In this document: positions 9,899-19,563 of the stretch, piece by piece
Position numbering within the stretch: the stretch's first letter is position 1
How the letters are laid out: the number at the start of each line of letters is the position of its first letter
DNA from: an uncultured Alphaproteobacteria bacterium
GTDB lineage: Bacteria > Pseudomonadota > Alphaproteobacteria > HIMB59 > GCA-002718135
DNA: 64,000 nucleotides
Reading direction: 5' to 3'
NCBI GenBank assembly: GCA_902573325.1
Contig: CACGJH010000006.1
Span: forward strand, 2,074-66,073
The notes under the pieces: generated by a model
Told to the model about the DNA's origin: nothing
Seen by the model: only the letters and a program-made list of their open reading frames with translations
Database searches by the model: none
Position numbers and translations under genes: made by a program

Positions 9899-10633
9899 TT
9901 AATGTAAATGATAAGCATCGTTAATATATAAACACGTCAGTATTGCAAACACATATGCTTGCAAAAAAGCAATTAAAATTTCTAATCCTGTTAAAGCTAC
10001 AATGAAAGCTAAAGGAAAAACTCCTGTAAAAAATGGCATGGAAACAACAAAACCTGCAAACACTTTTAGTAGTGTGTGACCAGCCAGCATGTTTGCAAAT
10101 AATCTAACTGATAAACTTATAGGTCTTGATAAATAAGAAATTACCTCAATGGGAATAAGCAGTGGATGCATGTAAAACGGCACACCTGGTATATAGAAGA
10201 AAGTAAAAAATTTAATACCATGGTTAACAAATCCAAGAATAGTTACGCCAATAAATACAACTGCTGCTAATGCAAATGTAACAATGATGTGACTCGTGAA
10301 AGTAAATTGATATGGTACCATTCCAACCATATTTCCAATTAGTACAAACATGAATAAAGAGAAAACGAATGGGAAATATCTTTTTCCATTATCTCCAACT
10401 GTATCAGAGAGTAACTGAGCAATAAAATTATACATCAATTCTGAGATAAGCTGCATCCTAGAAGGAATAATTGTTCTGGTGTTCACTGTTAAAGTCAAAA
10501 ATAGAGTAATCACTAGAACGGTAATTAGCATTGCAAAAGATGAGTTTGTGAAAGAAATATTATAACCTCCAAGTTCAATATTAGATATTGGATCTATTTC
10601 GAACTGTTTTAGAGGACTATCTTTTGCGGCCAT
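9899..10633 (-). CDS. atpB: F0F1 ATP synthase subunit a
   Basis: LSVRLFANMLAGH motif containing the essential Arg. 244-aa polytopic membrane protein. Confidence 0.9.
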   Translation of the reverse strand: MAAKDSPLKQFEIDPISNIELGGYNISFTNSSFAMLITVLVITLFLTLTVNTRTIIPSRMQLISELMYNFIAQLLSDTVGDNGKRYFPFVFSLFMFVLIGNMVGMVPYQFTFTSHIIVTFALAAVVFIGVTILGFVNHGIKFFTFFYIPGVPFYMHPLLIPIEVISYLSRPISLSVRLFANMLAGHTLLKVFAGFVVSMPFFTGVFPLAFIVALTGLEILIAFLQAYVFAILTCLYINDAYHLH

Positions 10634-10654
10634 AATTGCTATTGAATATTAAAA

Positions 10655-10942
10655 TTACCTTTGCTTTTCAATGCGACGCATTACACGATAAACGTTCAAA
10701 AATCCAGCTAATGCGCCAAATATAAAGAAAATAATTAAGCCTATTGGTTTAGTATTAAAGTAATTATCCACAATAAGCCCAATTCCAACGCCAACAACTA
10801 GTGCAGCTATAATTTCTGTACTAATTTTAAAACCAAATCCTGCACCACTTTCTTTTTTTTTAATATTAGGTTCTTTATTTTGATTATCCACATCATTAAT
10901 TTTTTTACCTAATTCTTCTAAATTTTTATTTTTATAATTCAT
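10655..10942 (-). CDS. atpI: ATP synthase protein I (AtpI/AtpZ-like)
   Basis: 95 aa with two TM helices, at the first position of the F0 operon. Overlaps the smc stop by 11 nt. Confidence 0.55.
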   Translation of the reverse strand: MNYKNKNLEELGKKINDVDNQNKEPNIKKKESGAGFGFKISTEIIAALVVGVGIGLIVDNYFNTKPIGLIIFFIFGALAGFLNVYRVMRRIEKQR

Positions 10943-13580
10943 TAGTAGTATCTTGTTCTTTTATCTCAATTGCTTTTTCAAGATCAACGGAAACTAATTG
11001 TGATACACCTTTCTCAGGCATAGTAACACCAAATAATCTATTTACTCTTGCCATTGTCATTCTATGGTGAGTTATTACTAAGAATTTTGTTGATGAAGTT
11101 TTGGCTATTTCCTCGACTAATGAACAAAATCTATCAACATTAGTATCATCTAATGGAGCGTCAACCTCATCAAGTACACAAATGGGAGCTGGGTTTGATA
11201 AAAATACAGCAAATAATAATGATAAGGCTGTAAGAGCTTGCTCACCTCCAGAAAGTAAATTTAGATTTTGTAATTTTTTTCCAGGAGGACTAGCAAATAT
11301 TTCTAAACCAGCTTGAAGAGGATCTGACTCATCTGTAAACTTTAGATAAGCTTTTCCACCACCAAACAACCTGGTAAATAACTTTTGAAAATTTTCATTT
11401 ACTATTCCATATGCAGCAAGTAAGCGTTGTCTACCTTCTGTATTAAGTGAGTCAATTGCATCTCTTAGTTTTGCAATTGCACTTAAAAGGTCGCTTTGAT
11501 CTTTCTTTATCGTATTAACTTTTTCTTCTAAATCTTTTGACTCTTGTTCTGCGAGAAGATTAACACCACCTAAACGTTCTTGCTCTCCAATTAGTCTTTC
11601 TAGCTTTTTTTCTAAATAATCAGTCTCGCCTAAAACTTTATTTGGATTAATTTCTCCAATATTGTAAAGTTCTTCTAGATCTACACTCAATCTTTCTTTT
11701 ACTTGAGTAGATAATAATTTAATTGCTTCATTAATTGTATTAATTTGACCTTCAGTTCTAATTCTCTCTTCTCTCAATTCATTTAATTTAATTTCCTCTA
11801 GTTTTAATTTCTTATTGATTTCATTAGAATTTTGCTCAGTTTGACGAAGTTGCTCAGCTATTTGCTCGTAAGAATATTTATTTTCATCAATCAATTTTTG
11901 TATTTTTAATTTTTCACTTGATACATCTTCAGGAACGGATTGGAGATTTGATAATTCACCAATTAATGAACTTTGCCTTGAATTTAACTCTTCTATTCTT
12001 TGATTTGCTTTTGCAGAAATATCATTCCATTGTTTTTCTTCTGCACTCAATTGCTTTATTCTTCTATTTTTTAGTTGCTCTAATATAGCTTTAGTAGAAT
12101 TATTTTGTTTACCTTTAGATACATATCCATCCCATCTCCAAATTTCTCCTAGTTTGCTAACTAATATTTGTCCTGGTTTTAAGTTTTTTTGAATTTCTAA
12201 AATATTTTCTTTATTTTCTATTAATCCAACAAATTCTAACTTCTTTTTCAAATTATCTGGAGCTTTGATTAGAGAGGAAAATTTTGTAATATCTGAATTA
12301 AAGGAAGAATCTTCCACATCCAATTTTCTCCAAAAAATACTTTGTTCTTCATCGATAGATGCAATTAACTCATCTGAAAAAACTGCAGCAATTGCTTGTT
12401 CAAGACCATCTTCAAAGTCTAGATAATCAATTATTGGATTATTATTTTTTTTATTAGTACCATTTTCAGTATTTAAATCATCTTCAGTTTGAATAAAAAG
12501 ATCACCTTGTTGTTTTAATAGATTTGATTTTTCTTCCCGTACTCTTTCAAGATTCTGTTTTGCATCTTCGAATAAAAACTTCTCTCTATCAATATCATTT
12601 TTAATTTGCTCTATACGGACTTTTGTTTCATCTACTGCAATATTTGCTCTTTCAATTTCTTTTTCTTGATTTTCTAAACTAATTGAGTATTTCTGCAGCT
12701 CAGCTGCAATCTTACTTTCTTGGAGTCTAAGGTTTGGAAGACTTTCTTGAACTTTTTCAAATTCAACATTTATTTTTGCTACAACTTGTGTTTGGTCATT
12801 GACAGCATTCGTTTCAGACTGAATTTTTTCATTGGCATTTTTTAATTTATCTTTTTCATCTATCCATTTCTTATAAAATAATCTTGCCCTTGCTTTAGTA
12901 ATATCTTTTTGAATGTATTTGTATCTTTCAGCTTGTTTAGATTGTTTCTTTAATATTGTAAGTTGTTCATCTTGTGCTTTTAATACGTCCTTTACACGCT
13001 CTAAATTATTTTCAGTAGCATTTAATCGTAATTCAGCTTCGTGTCTTCTTGAGTGAAGACCAGTAATTCCTGCAGCTTCTTCCAGTAATGTCCTTCTTTG
13101 TTCAGGTTTAGCTGCGATAATAGCTCCAACTCTACCTTGACTAACCATCGATGTTGAACGAGCACCTGTTGCTGCATCAGCAAATAGCAATTGCACATCC
13201 TTTAATCGCACCTCCTTCCCATTAACTCTATATTCTGAGCCTTCACCTCGCCAAATTCTTCTGGTTACTTCAATAGTATCATTTTCATTGAAAATACTTG
13301 GTGCTTTTCTTGCTTTATTATCTAAATCTATAGTAACTTCGGCAATATCCCATGCTGGTCTATCATCTGTACCATTAAAGATAACATCATCTAATTCGCT
13401 TCCTCTCATTTGTTTTGGAGAAAGCTCACCCATAACGAATCTAAAAGCTTCAACGAGATTGGATTTACCACATCCATTTGGCCCCACAATACCGGTCAAA
13501 CCATTTTCAATTAAAATTTCTGTTGGTTCAACAAAAGACTTAAAGCCTTTGACTTTAAGGGTCTTAAAATTAATCATCAA
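10932..13580 (-). CDS. smc: Chromosome segregation protein SMC (unusually short, 882 aa)
   Basis: Walker A GPNGCGKSN at the N-terminus. LSGGEQALTALSLLFA signature and Walker B VLDEVDAPLDD at the C-terminus. Long heptad-rich arms and a weak hinge-like centre. Confidence 0.85.
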   Translation of the reverse strand: MMINFKTLKVKGFKSFVEPTEILIENGLTGIVGPNGCGKSNLVEAFRFVMGELSPKQMRGSELDDVIFNGTDDRPAWDIAEVTIDLDNKARKAPSIFNENDTIEVTRRIWRGEGSEYRVNGKEVRLKDVQLLFADAATGARSTSMVSQGRVGAIIAAKPEQRRTLLEEAAGITGLHSRRHEAELRLNATENNLERVKDVLKAQDEQLTILKKQSKQAERYKYIQKDITKARARLFYKKWIDEKDKLKNANEKIQSETNAVNDQTQVVAKINVEFEKVQESLPNLRLQESKIAAELQKYSISLENQEKEIERANIAVDETKVRIEQIKNDIDREKFLFEDAKQNLERVREEKSNLLKQQGDLFIQTEDDLNTENGTNKKNNNPIIDYLDFEDGLEQAIAAVFSDELIASIDEEQSIFWRKLDVEDSSFNSDITKFSSLIKAPDNLKKKLEFVGLIENKENILEIQKNLKPGQILVSKLGEIWRWDGYVSKGKQNNSTKAILEQLKNRRIKQLSAEEKQWNDISAKANQRIEELNSRQSSLIGELSNLQSVPEDVSSEKLKIQKLIDENKYSYEQIAEQLRQTEQNSNEINKKLKLEEIKLNELREERIRTEGQINTINEAIKLLSTQVKERLSVDLEELYNIGEINPNKVLGETDYLEKKLERLIGEQERLGGVNLLAEQESKDLEEKVNTIKKDQSDLLSAIAKLRDAIDSLNTEGRQRLLAAYGIVNENFQKLFTRLFGGGKAYLKFTDESDPLQAGLEIFASPPGKKLQNLNLLSGGEQALTALSLLFAVFLSNPAPICVLDEVDAPLDDTNVDRFCSLVEEIAKTSSTKFLVITHHRMTMARVNRLFGVTMPEKGVSQLVSVDLEKAIEIKEQDTTNEL

Positions 13581-14192
13581 CTATTGTGATAATATTTTAT
13601 CGATGATTTGTCTAAACTCTTTTATGTTTTTATTACCGGAATACAGAACTCCATTAACAATGAATGACGGTGTGGAGCTTATTTTATATTCTCTCTCAAC
13701 TTCTAATCTGCCTTCAAGTATTTGAGTCTCTATATCAACATTGTCTAAACATGCATCAAAGTCCTCTTGCTGCATACCACCGCTTTGCATAATTTTGTAT
13801 AACTCAGATTTTGTTTTAGAGAGGTCTCTATTAACCCAATTATTTTGAAGCTTATAAAGGCCATTCATATAATCATATCTTACATCTTCTGTGACACATC
13901 TTAAAATCATACTTCCAGCAAGAGCAGGATAATTTAGGGGAAAATCACGAAAAATAAACTTTACTTTACCAGTATCAATAAACTCTTTTTTTAACTCTTC
14001 TAGAGTATCATTATGAAAATCTGCACAGTGACTACAAGACATTGAAGCATATTCTATAATTGTGATTGGAGCATTGTCTTCCCCAATATAAAAATCATTA
14101 TCTTTAACATCAAGTATTGAGTTTTCAGCTGCTTTGGCATTAATAAAAAGTAGTGATAGTATAATAGAAATAAATAAAATTTTAATTTTCAT
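13581..14192 (-). CDS. DsbA-family thiol:disulfide oxidoreductase
   Basis: Signal peptide, a CSHC active site and a thioredoxin fold. Abuts the smc start with zero spacer. Confidence 0.8.
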   Translation of the reverse strand: MKIKILFISIILSLLFINAKAAENSILDVKDNDFYIGEDNAPITIIEYASMSCSHCADFHNDTLEELKKEFIDTGKVKFIFRDFPLNYPALAGSMILRCVTEDVRYDYMNGLYKLQNNWVNRDLSKTKSELYKIMQSGGMQQEDFDACLDNVDIETQILEGRLEVEREYKISSTPSFIVNGVLYSGNKNIKEFRQIIDKILSQ

Positions 14193-14713
14193 TATTTGTC
14201 CTCAGTTGTAATTTTATTACCTAAATTTAATAGCGATTTTTTCAAATCTGAATTTTGAAATTCTTTAACGTTTTCTTCAACAAATCTTATGTCATCTTTG
14301 TTTATTTGTTTTTTCTTACTTTGTTTCATATGACTATGTTTAGGTATGTAATTTTGATTAATTCTCAAGTCCATAATAGCTTTATAGCCAAAATAAGTAT
14401 TAATTTTTTCAATTATAGTGTCCTTAAAGTGTTGAAACTCAATGGCTGCAGCCGGTGCAACACTCACATTTAGATAATTTTTATATACTGTCTCACCTAA
14501 ATCATTTTCAAAATCACGCACCCTTGAAACATTTAACGGCTCTGAATATTCTTTAAAATAACTCCCAGCAATTTCAGGCCACTTGGAGTTAATTACAAAT
14601 TCTGTACGATTATATTTAGAGGCAAATTTTCTATTTACCTTCCTCAGAGTATCGCCAATAGATTGTGGAACAAATGTTCTTTTTTGTTTTAAATTTTTTT
14701 TGTCCATATGCAT
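14192..14713 (-). CDS. DUF721 (DciA-like) protein
   Basis: The W-P-E-I-A-G ... LNVSV-x-AAAIEFQ pattern is typical of DUF721. Lies in the conserved mutY/DUF721/dsbA/smc neighbourhood. I moved the start to ATG 14713; the track's 14767 start would overlap the mutY start. Confidence 0.6.
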   Translation of the reverse strand: MHMDKKNLKQKRTFVPQSIGDTLRKVNRKFASKYNRTEFVINSKWPEIAGSYFKEYSEPLNVSRVRDFENDLGETVYKNYLNVSVAPAAAIEFQHFKDTIIEKINTYFGYKAIMDLRINQNYIPKHSHMKQSKKKQINKDDIRFVEENVKEFQNSDLKKSLLNLGNKITTEDK

Positions 14714-14746
14714 AAATAATTTATAGTACCTAAATATGAAAGCAAT

Positions 14747-15796
14747 ATGTTTAAACACGAAACACAAGTAATAAAGTTTTTACTTCAATGGTATTCTATG
14801 AATGCCAGAAAATTACCATGGCGGAAGAAAAATAATCTAAATTTACCTCATCCATACTTTGTATTTGTAAGTGAGTATATGCTTCAACAAACAACAGTAA
14901 ATACTGTAAAAAATAAATTTAATGAATTTATTTTAAAATGGCCTTCACTAAATAAATTAGCGCAAACTTCAGAGCCAAATATCTTGAAATTCTGGTCAGG
15001 TCTTGGTTATTATTCAAGAGCGAGAAATTTATTAAAGTCTGCAAAAATAATTAAAAATAATTTTAAAAATAATATACCACAAACTTATAATGAACTCATC
15101 CAACTTCCTGGTATTGGAGATTACACTGCAAAAGCAATTCTTGGAATAGGATATAATAAATCAGTCATGCCACTTGATGCTAATATTGAGAGAATTTTGG
15201 TTAGGTTGCATGCTATTGATAAACCAATAAATAAAGTAAAAAATAAACTTAAAGATTTGGGAAATAAATTCATCTCAGATAAATTTTCTTCAAACTTAAT
15301 TCAGTCTTTTATGGATTACGGATCAGAGATCTGCCTTCCGCGAAACCCTAAATGTAATATTTGTGGAATTAATAAATTTTGCCAATCATATAAAAAGAAT
15401 TTACAGCAAAAAATTCCTTTTAAACAAAAAAAGAAAAGTAATAAGCCAATAAAGTACACAAGAGCTTACGTAATTGTGAATGAAAAGAATGAAATTCTAG
15501 TACGAAGTAGACCAAATAAAGGAATGTTGGCCTCTATGCTTGAAGTACCAAATGATGTCTGGGTTAAAAATAAAAAATTGCTAACTACTGATCAAGACAT
15601 ACAAAAAATAAAAACAAAATTACAATCTAAAGGTTCATTTGAATATTCATTTAGTCATTTTGATTTAGAAACAGAAATTTTTTATGGATATGTTAAAAAA
15701 GCAAAATTATCAAAAAGTAATTGGATAAAGAAATCATCTTATTCTAGTTCTAGAATGCCAACTGTTATGAAAAAAATAGTAGATATAGCAGTATAA
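14747..15796 (+). CDS. mutY: A/G-specific adenine DNA glycosylase
   Basis: HhH-GPD region (LPGIGDYTAKAIL), a 4Fe-4S C-x6-C-x2-C-x5-C cluster loop (CLPRNPKCNICGINKFC), and a C-terminal NUDIX-like domain. Confidence 0.85.
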   Translation: MFKHETQVIKFLLQWYSMNARKLPWRKKNNLNLPHPYFVFVSEYMLQQTTVNTVKNKFNEFILKWPSLNKLAQTSEPNILKFWSGLGYYSRARNLLKSAKIIKNNFKNNIPQTYNELIQLPGIGDYTAKAILGIGYNKSVMPLDANIERILVRLHAIDKPINKVKNKLKDLGNKFISDKFSSNLIQSFMDYGSEICLPRNPKCNICGINKFCQSYKKNLQQKIPFKQKKKSNKPIKYTRAYVIVNEKNEILVRSRPNKGMLASMLEVPNDVWVKNKKLLTTDQDIQKIKTKLQSKGSFEYSFSHFDLETEIFYGYVKKAKLSKSNWIKKSSYSSSRMPTVMKKIVDIAV

Positions 15797-15798
15797 AT

Positions 15799-16563
15799 TT
15801 ATGCAAAGAATTTTTTTGCGTTCATAAAAATTTTATACCCATCACCGAATTTTTTAGAACTATTGTTTTGCCAATTAGGAACATGATAATGATAAAATGC
15901 TCTTTCTGGGTGAGGCATCATTGCAAGAACATTCCCATTTTGATTTGTTAACGCAGCTATATCATCTTTAGATCCATTAGGATTAAAGGGAAACTGACCT
16001 TTTGCTAATTTTTTATGGTTATTAATGTATTGTAAGCCAATAAGGTTATTAGCTTTGATACTTTTAAGTAGATTAATAGGTATCATGAATTGTCCTTCTT
16101 GATGGGCGACAGGCAAGTTTAAGATACTAATATTTTTTAGCCATGGTGATTTATTATTATTTACTTTTACATCAACCCATCGACACTCATAGCTCCCAGA
16201 TTTATTTTCAATCATTGCAACTTCTGGATCTTTTTTATTTAGGCTTGGAACTAACCCAAGATTAATTAATATCTGGCATCCATTACAAATGCCTATAATT
16301 AATTTATCCTTTAATGAAAAATCTATTAGCTGATCATACAAATTGGTCAGAATTTTTTTCGCCATTGCATTTCCTGAACCTGTATCATCGCCATACGAAA
16401 AACCACCAGGTATAGCGAATACTTGATAGTTATTAAGTTGTTTAGGATTTTGTATTAGATCATTAATATGAACAATTTTTCCTTCAAAACCTACTACTTC
16501 AAATGCATGTAGTGTTTCATTTTCACAATTAATACCATAACCTGATAAGACTAATACGTTCAT
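15799..16563 (-). CDS. purQ: Phosphoribosylformylglycinamidine synthase, glutaminase subunit
   Basis: Class-I amidotransferase with GICNGCQIL (nucleophile Cys) and MMPHPER (His). 4-nt overlap with purL. Confidence 0.85.
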   Translation of the reverse strand: MNVLVLSGYGINCENETLHAFEVVGFEGKIVHINDLIQNPKQLNNYQVFAIPGGFSYGDDTGSGNAMAKKILTNLYDQLIDFSLKDKLIIGICNGCQILINLGLVPSLNKKDPEVAMIENKSGSYECRWVDVKVNNNKSPWLKNISILNLPVAHQEGQFMIPINLLKSIKANNLIGLQYINNHKKLAKGQFPFNPNGSKDDIAALTNQNGNVLAMMPHPERAFYHYHVPNWQNNSSKKFGDGYKIFMNAKKFFA

Positions 16564-19490
16564 AACCCTTTAATATTTTGTTTGTATGACTTAGCAAAAT
16601 CTGAAATTTTACTTCTAATAATTTTTTTGTTATCTTTAAACTCAACTACATCTGAGCCCGTACATTTGCCAATAATTGTATAATCAGAACCTTTAAATAT
16701 TTTTTTAAAATTGGCTAACTTATTTTTTTTCATGGAAACAAGAATTCTACTTGGTGTTTCAGAAAATAAAAATTGGTCAACTGAGATTTTATTTTTTAGT
16801 TTTAAATCAATGGTTAAACCTTTCTTTGAAGCAATTGCCATCTTGGTAACTGCAATTCCAATTCCACCCAAATCTATTCCAATTGCAGAATTTATAATTC
16901 CTAGTTTATTAGCTTTTTCAAAATTTCTATATGTGCAAAGTGCATCATTGCTATTTACAACTGGATTTTTTGATTTTTCATAACCTACAATTTTGGAATA
17001 AACACTATCCTGTAATTCATTACGGGTATTTCCTAAAACTAAAAGAATATCACCATCATCGGGTGTCATTTTTGTTAAGTGTGAAATTTTATCGACTACT
17101 CCAATAGAAGAAATCAGCAATGTTGGAGGTATTGAAATTTTTACTGATTTTCCAGTTTTATCAAAACCTTTAAAATCATTAAACATACTATCTTTTCCTG
17201 AAATAAAAGGTGTTTGGTAAGCAACTGCATAATCATAACAAGCTTTTGCTGCTTCTTTCAATTGATATAAGCGATCAGGTTCATCTGAGCTGCACCAACA
17301 AAAGTTATCAAGAATTGCAATTTTTTTTGAGTTGGCACCACTTACAATTAAATTTTTATATGCTGTATCAATAGAGCACCCAGCCATATCATAAGGATTT
17401 GTTTCGGCGTACTGAGGATATGCAGCTTGAGAAAGAGCTATTGATTTTTCATCATCAAATAGAGGTTTAATAGCAGTAGTATTTCCAAAAACTCTGCCTT
17501 CGCCTTGTAATGGTTTTATAATAGAGGTAGCTTGTACTTCGTGATCATATTGCGTGGCTATAAATTCTTTTGATACAATATTTGGACTAGAGAGAAGTTT
17601 ATGTAGCTTATCTATCAAAGAACATTTCTTAATTATTTTTTTCTTTTCTTTTTTAAATTTTGGAAAAGATGTTTTTAAATTTAATTTTGGATAACCTTCA
17701 TGAAGAAATTCCATATCTAAATTGAGAATTTCAGTTTTGTTGTATTTTACTATGGCTTTATCTTTTTTAATAAACTTACCAATTATTGTTGCTTCCACAC
17801 CTCTTGCATTAAATCTCTTAATAACTTTTTTTACGTTCGCTGGAGGTACTGCTAGTGTCATTCTTTCTTGTGATTCAGAAACCCAAATCTCCCAAGGATA
17901 TAATCCATTATATTTGAGAGGAACTTTTTCAAGATTAACTATAAAACCACCACTCTCTTTTGCCATTTCTCCTATTGATGATGATAATCCTCCTGCTCCA
18001 TTATCAGTTATACTTGAGTAAAGATTTTCATCTCGCAATTCTCTAATGATGACATCAGACATTTTCTTCTGTGTTATTGGATCACCAATTTGTACTGCAG
18101 AGACTGGACTATTAGGATCTAATTCTTCTGATGAAAATGTTGCACCGTGAATACCATCTTTTCCTACTCTACCTCCAGCCATTACTATAATATCTCCTGG
18201 ATTAGCTTTTTTCTTATGTGATAATTTTCCTTTTATTTTTTTTGGAATAATCCCAACTGTTCCACAAAACACAAGAGGCTTTCCTGCAAACCGATCATCA
18301 AAATACACATTACCTTGAGGGGTAGGGATACCTGAACAATTTCCTCCAACTCTAACACCACTGATAATACCTTTAGCAATAAAATTTGCTGAAAGCATTG
18401 GATCCTTATTATTTTTTTGACGATACAATTGATATTTCTTATTCGGGTCTGCTAAATAATATGCATACGTATTCGCTATAGGTTTTGCTCCTTTCCCAAA
18501 TCCAAGACAATCCCTATTAACACCAACAATTCCAGTGATTGCACCACCAAATGGATCTAAGGCTGAAGGTGTATTATGTGTTTCAACTTTATGACAAATA
18601 ATCCAATCTTTATTAAATTCTATTCCACCAGCATTATCCGTAAAAAGAGAAACACAAAAATTATCTTTTCTTAATTGAATAATTTTTTCAGTAGCGCCTT
18701 TAATGTATTTTTTAAATATACCTTCTTGAATATCATCAATCTTAGCTGAAAATATTTTGTGTTTACAGTGCTCGGACCACGTCTGTGCTAATGTTTCAAT
18801 TTCTACGTCTGTTGGTTTACGTTTTATAGTGGAAAAATAATTTCTTATGACTTTTAAAGATTCTAGATCTAAGCCAAGTGTTCCTCTTCTAGATTTATCA
18901 TTTTCTTCAATACCAAGTTTACCAATAAGACTGAGTTGATGATCAGAAATATCTAAATTAATTTCTTTTTTACTATATTTTTTTTTCGGTAATTTTACCT
19001 TTTCTATTTTAAATTGATTTTTTTTAAAATTATTTAAATATTGTTTAAATGGATAAATCTTAATTGTTTGAATTAAGGGATTTGCTTCATTTTTAGATAT
19101 TTTGGTAATATCTTCTTTTCTTCCTTTTATTAAAATAATTTTTGTTGAACCAAGTTCAAAGCTTTTAAAACTACTTTTAAGATTATCTTTGATTATCTCT
19201 TTTACAGTTGTAGCAATATTATCAGTTACACCTGGTAAAAATTTTATTTCTACAACCCAGTTAAAATTACTATAACTAGATAAAACCTTTTTTACATTTT
19301 TTTTTGTTAATATTGTTTGAGAAACGTAATTAGAAATAAGTTTACTTATTTTATTAAACTTTTGATCATCAAGATTTGTCGAAAAGAAATATCCATCTAT
19401 AATTTTGATGGATTTATTATTGTGTTCTTTTTGTAGTGAACTTTCTTTCCCTGTCTTCTCAATAGAGAGAATTTGAATTGTATTTGTCAT
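16560..19490 (-). CDS. purL: Phosphoribosylformylglycinamidine synthase, synthetase subunit with about 180-aa N-terminal extension
   Basis: SEHCKHKIF motif at aa 239-247 and duplicated AIR-synthase-like domains (DNGAGGL, GKDGIHGATFSS). The N-terminus contains a PurS-like FLPGVTDNIATTV segment. 976 aa. Confidence 0.9.
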   Translation of the reverse strand: MTNTIQILSIEKTGKESSLQKEHNNKSIKIIDGYFFSTNLDDQKFNKISKLISNYVSQTILTKKNVKKVLSSYSNFNWVVEIKFLPGVTDNIATTVKEIIKDNLKSSFKSFELGSTKIILIKGRKEDITKISKNEANPLIQTIKIYPFKQYLNNFKKNQFKIEKVKLPKKKYSKKEINLDISDHQLSLIGKLGIEENDKSRRGTLGLDLESLKVIRNYFSTIKRKPTDVEIETLAQTWSEHCKHKIFSAKIDDIQEGIFKKYIKGATEKIIQLRKDNFCVSLFTDNAGGIEFNKDWIICHKVETHNTPSALDPFGGAITGIVGVNRDCLGFGKGAKPIANTYAYYLADPNKKYQLYRQKNNKDPMLSANFIAKGIISGVRVGGNCSGIPTPQGNVYFDDRFAGKPLVFCGTVGIIPKKIKGKLSHKKKANPGDIIVMAGGRVGKDGIHGATFSSEELDPNSPVSAVQIGDPITQKKMSDVIIRELRDENLYSSITDNGAGGLSSSIGEMAKESGGFIVNLEKVPLKYNGLYPWEIWVSESQERMTLAVPPANVKKVIKRFNARGVEATIIGKFIKKDKAIVKYNKTEILNLDMEFLHEGYPKLNLKTSFPKFKKEKKKIIKKCSLIDKLHKLLSSPNIVSKEFIATQYDHEVQATSIIKPLQGEGRVFGNTTAIKPLFDDEKSIALSQAAYPQYAETNPYDMAGCSIDTAYKNLIVSGANSKKIAILDNFCWCSSDEPDRLYQLKEAAKACYDYAVAYQTPFISGKDSMFNDFKGFDKTGKSVKISIPPTLLISSIGVVDKISHLTKMTPDDGDILLVLGNTRNELQDSVYSKIVGYEKSKNPVVNSNDALCTYRNFEKANKLGIINSAIGIDLGGIGIAVTKMAIASKKGLTIDLKLKNKISVDQFLFSETPSRILVSMKKNKLANFKKIFKGSDYTIIGKCTGSDVVEFKDNKKIIRSKISDFAKSYKQNIKGL

Positions 19491-19497
19491 TATGAGT

Positions 19498-19547
19498 ACG
19501 AATCAACTTAATTTACTATATTAATAGTTTACTCGTTAACGATTCGT
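19498..19547. promoter_or_regulatory. Inverted ACGAATC / GATTCGT repeat in the divergent purL-purM promoter region
   Basis: ACGAATC at 19498-19504 and GATTCGT at 19541-19547. The second lies inside the odd palindrome AACGATTCGTT at 19538-19548. Both contain GANTC. Confidence 0.25.
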
Positions 19548-19563
19548 TTAAAACTAATTAAAT

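Noticed and set aside
19491-19563. A purine riboswitch or other leader RNA upstream of the pur operons. The same was considered for 26390-26431 and 27548-27610.
   Set aside because: The spacers are too short (42-73 nt) and lack the conserved purine-riboswitch junction sequences. Only short inverted repeats are present.
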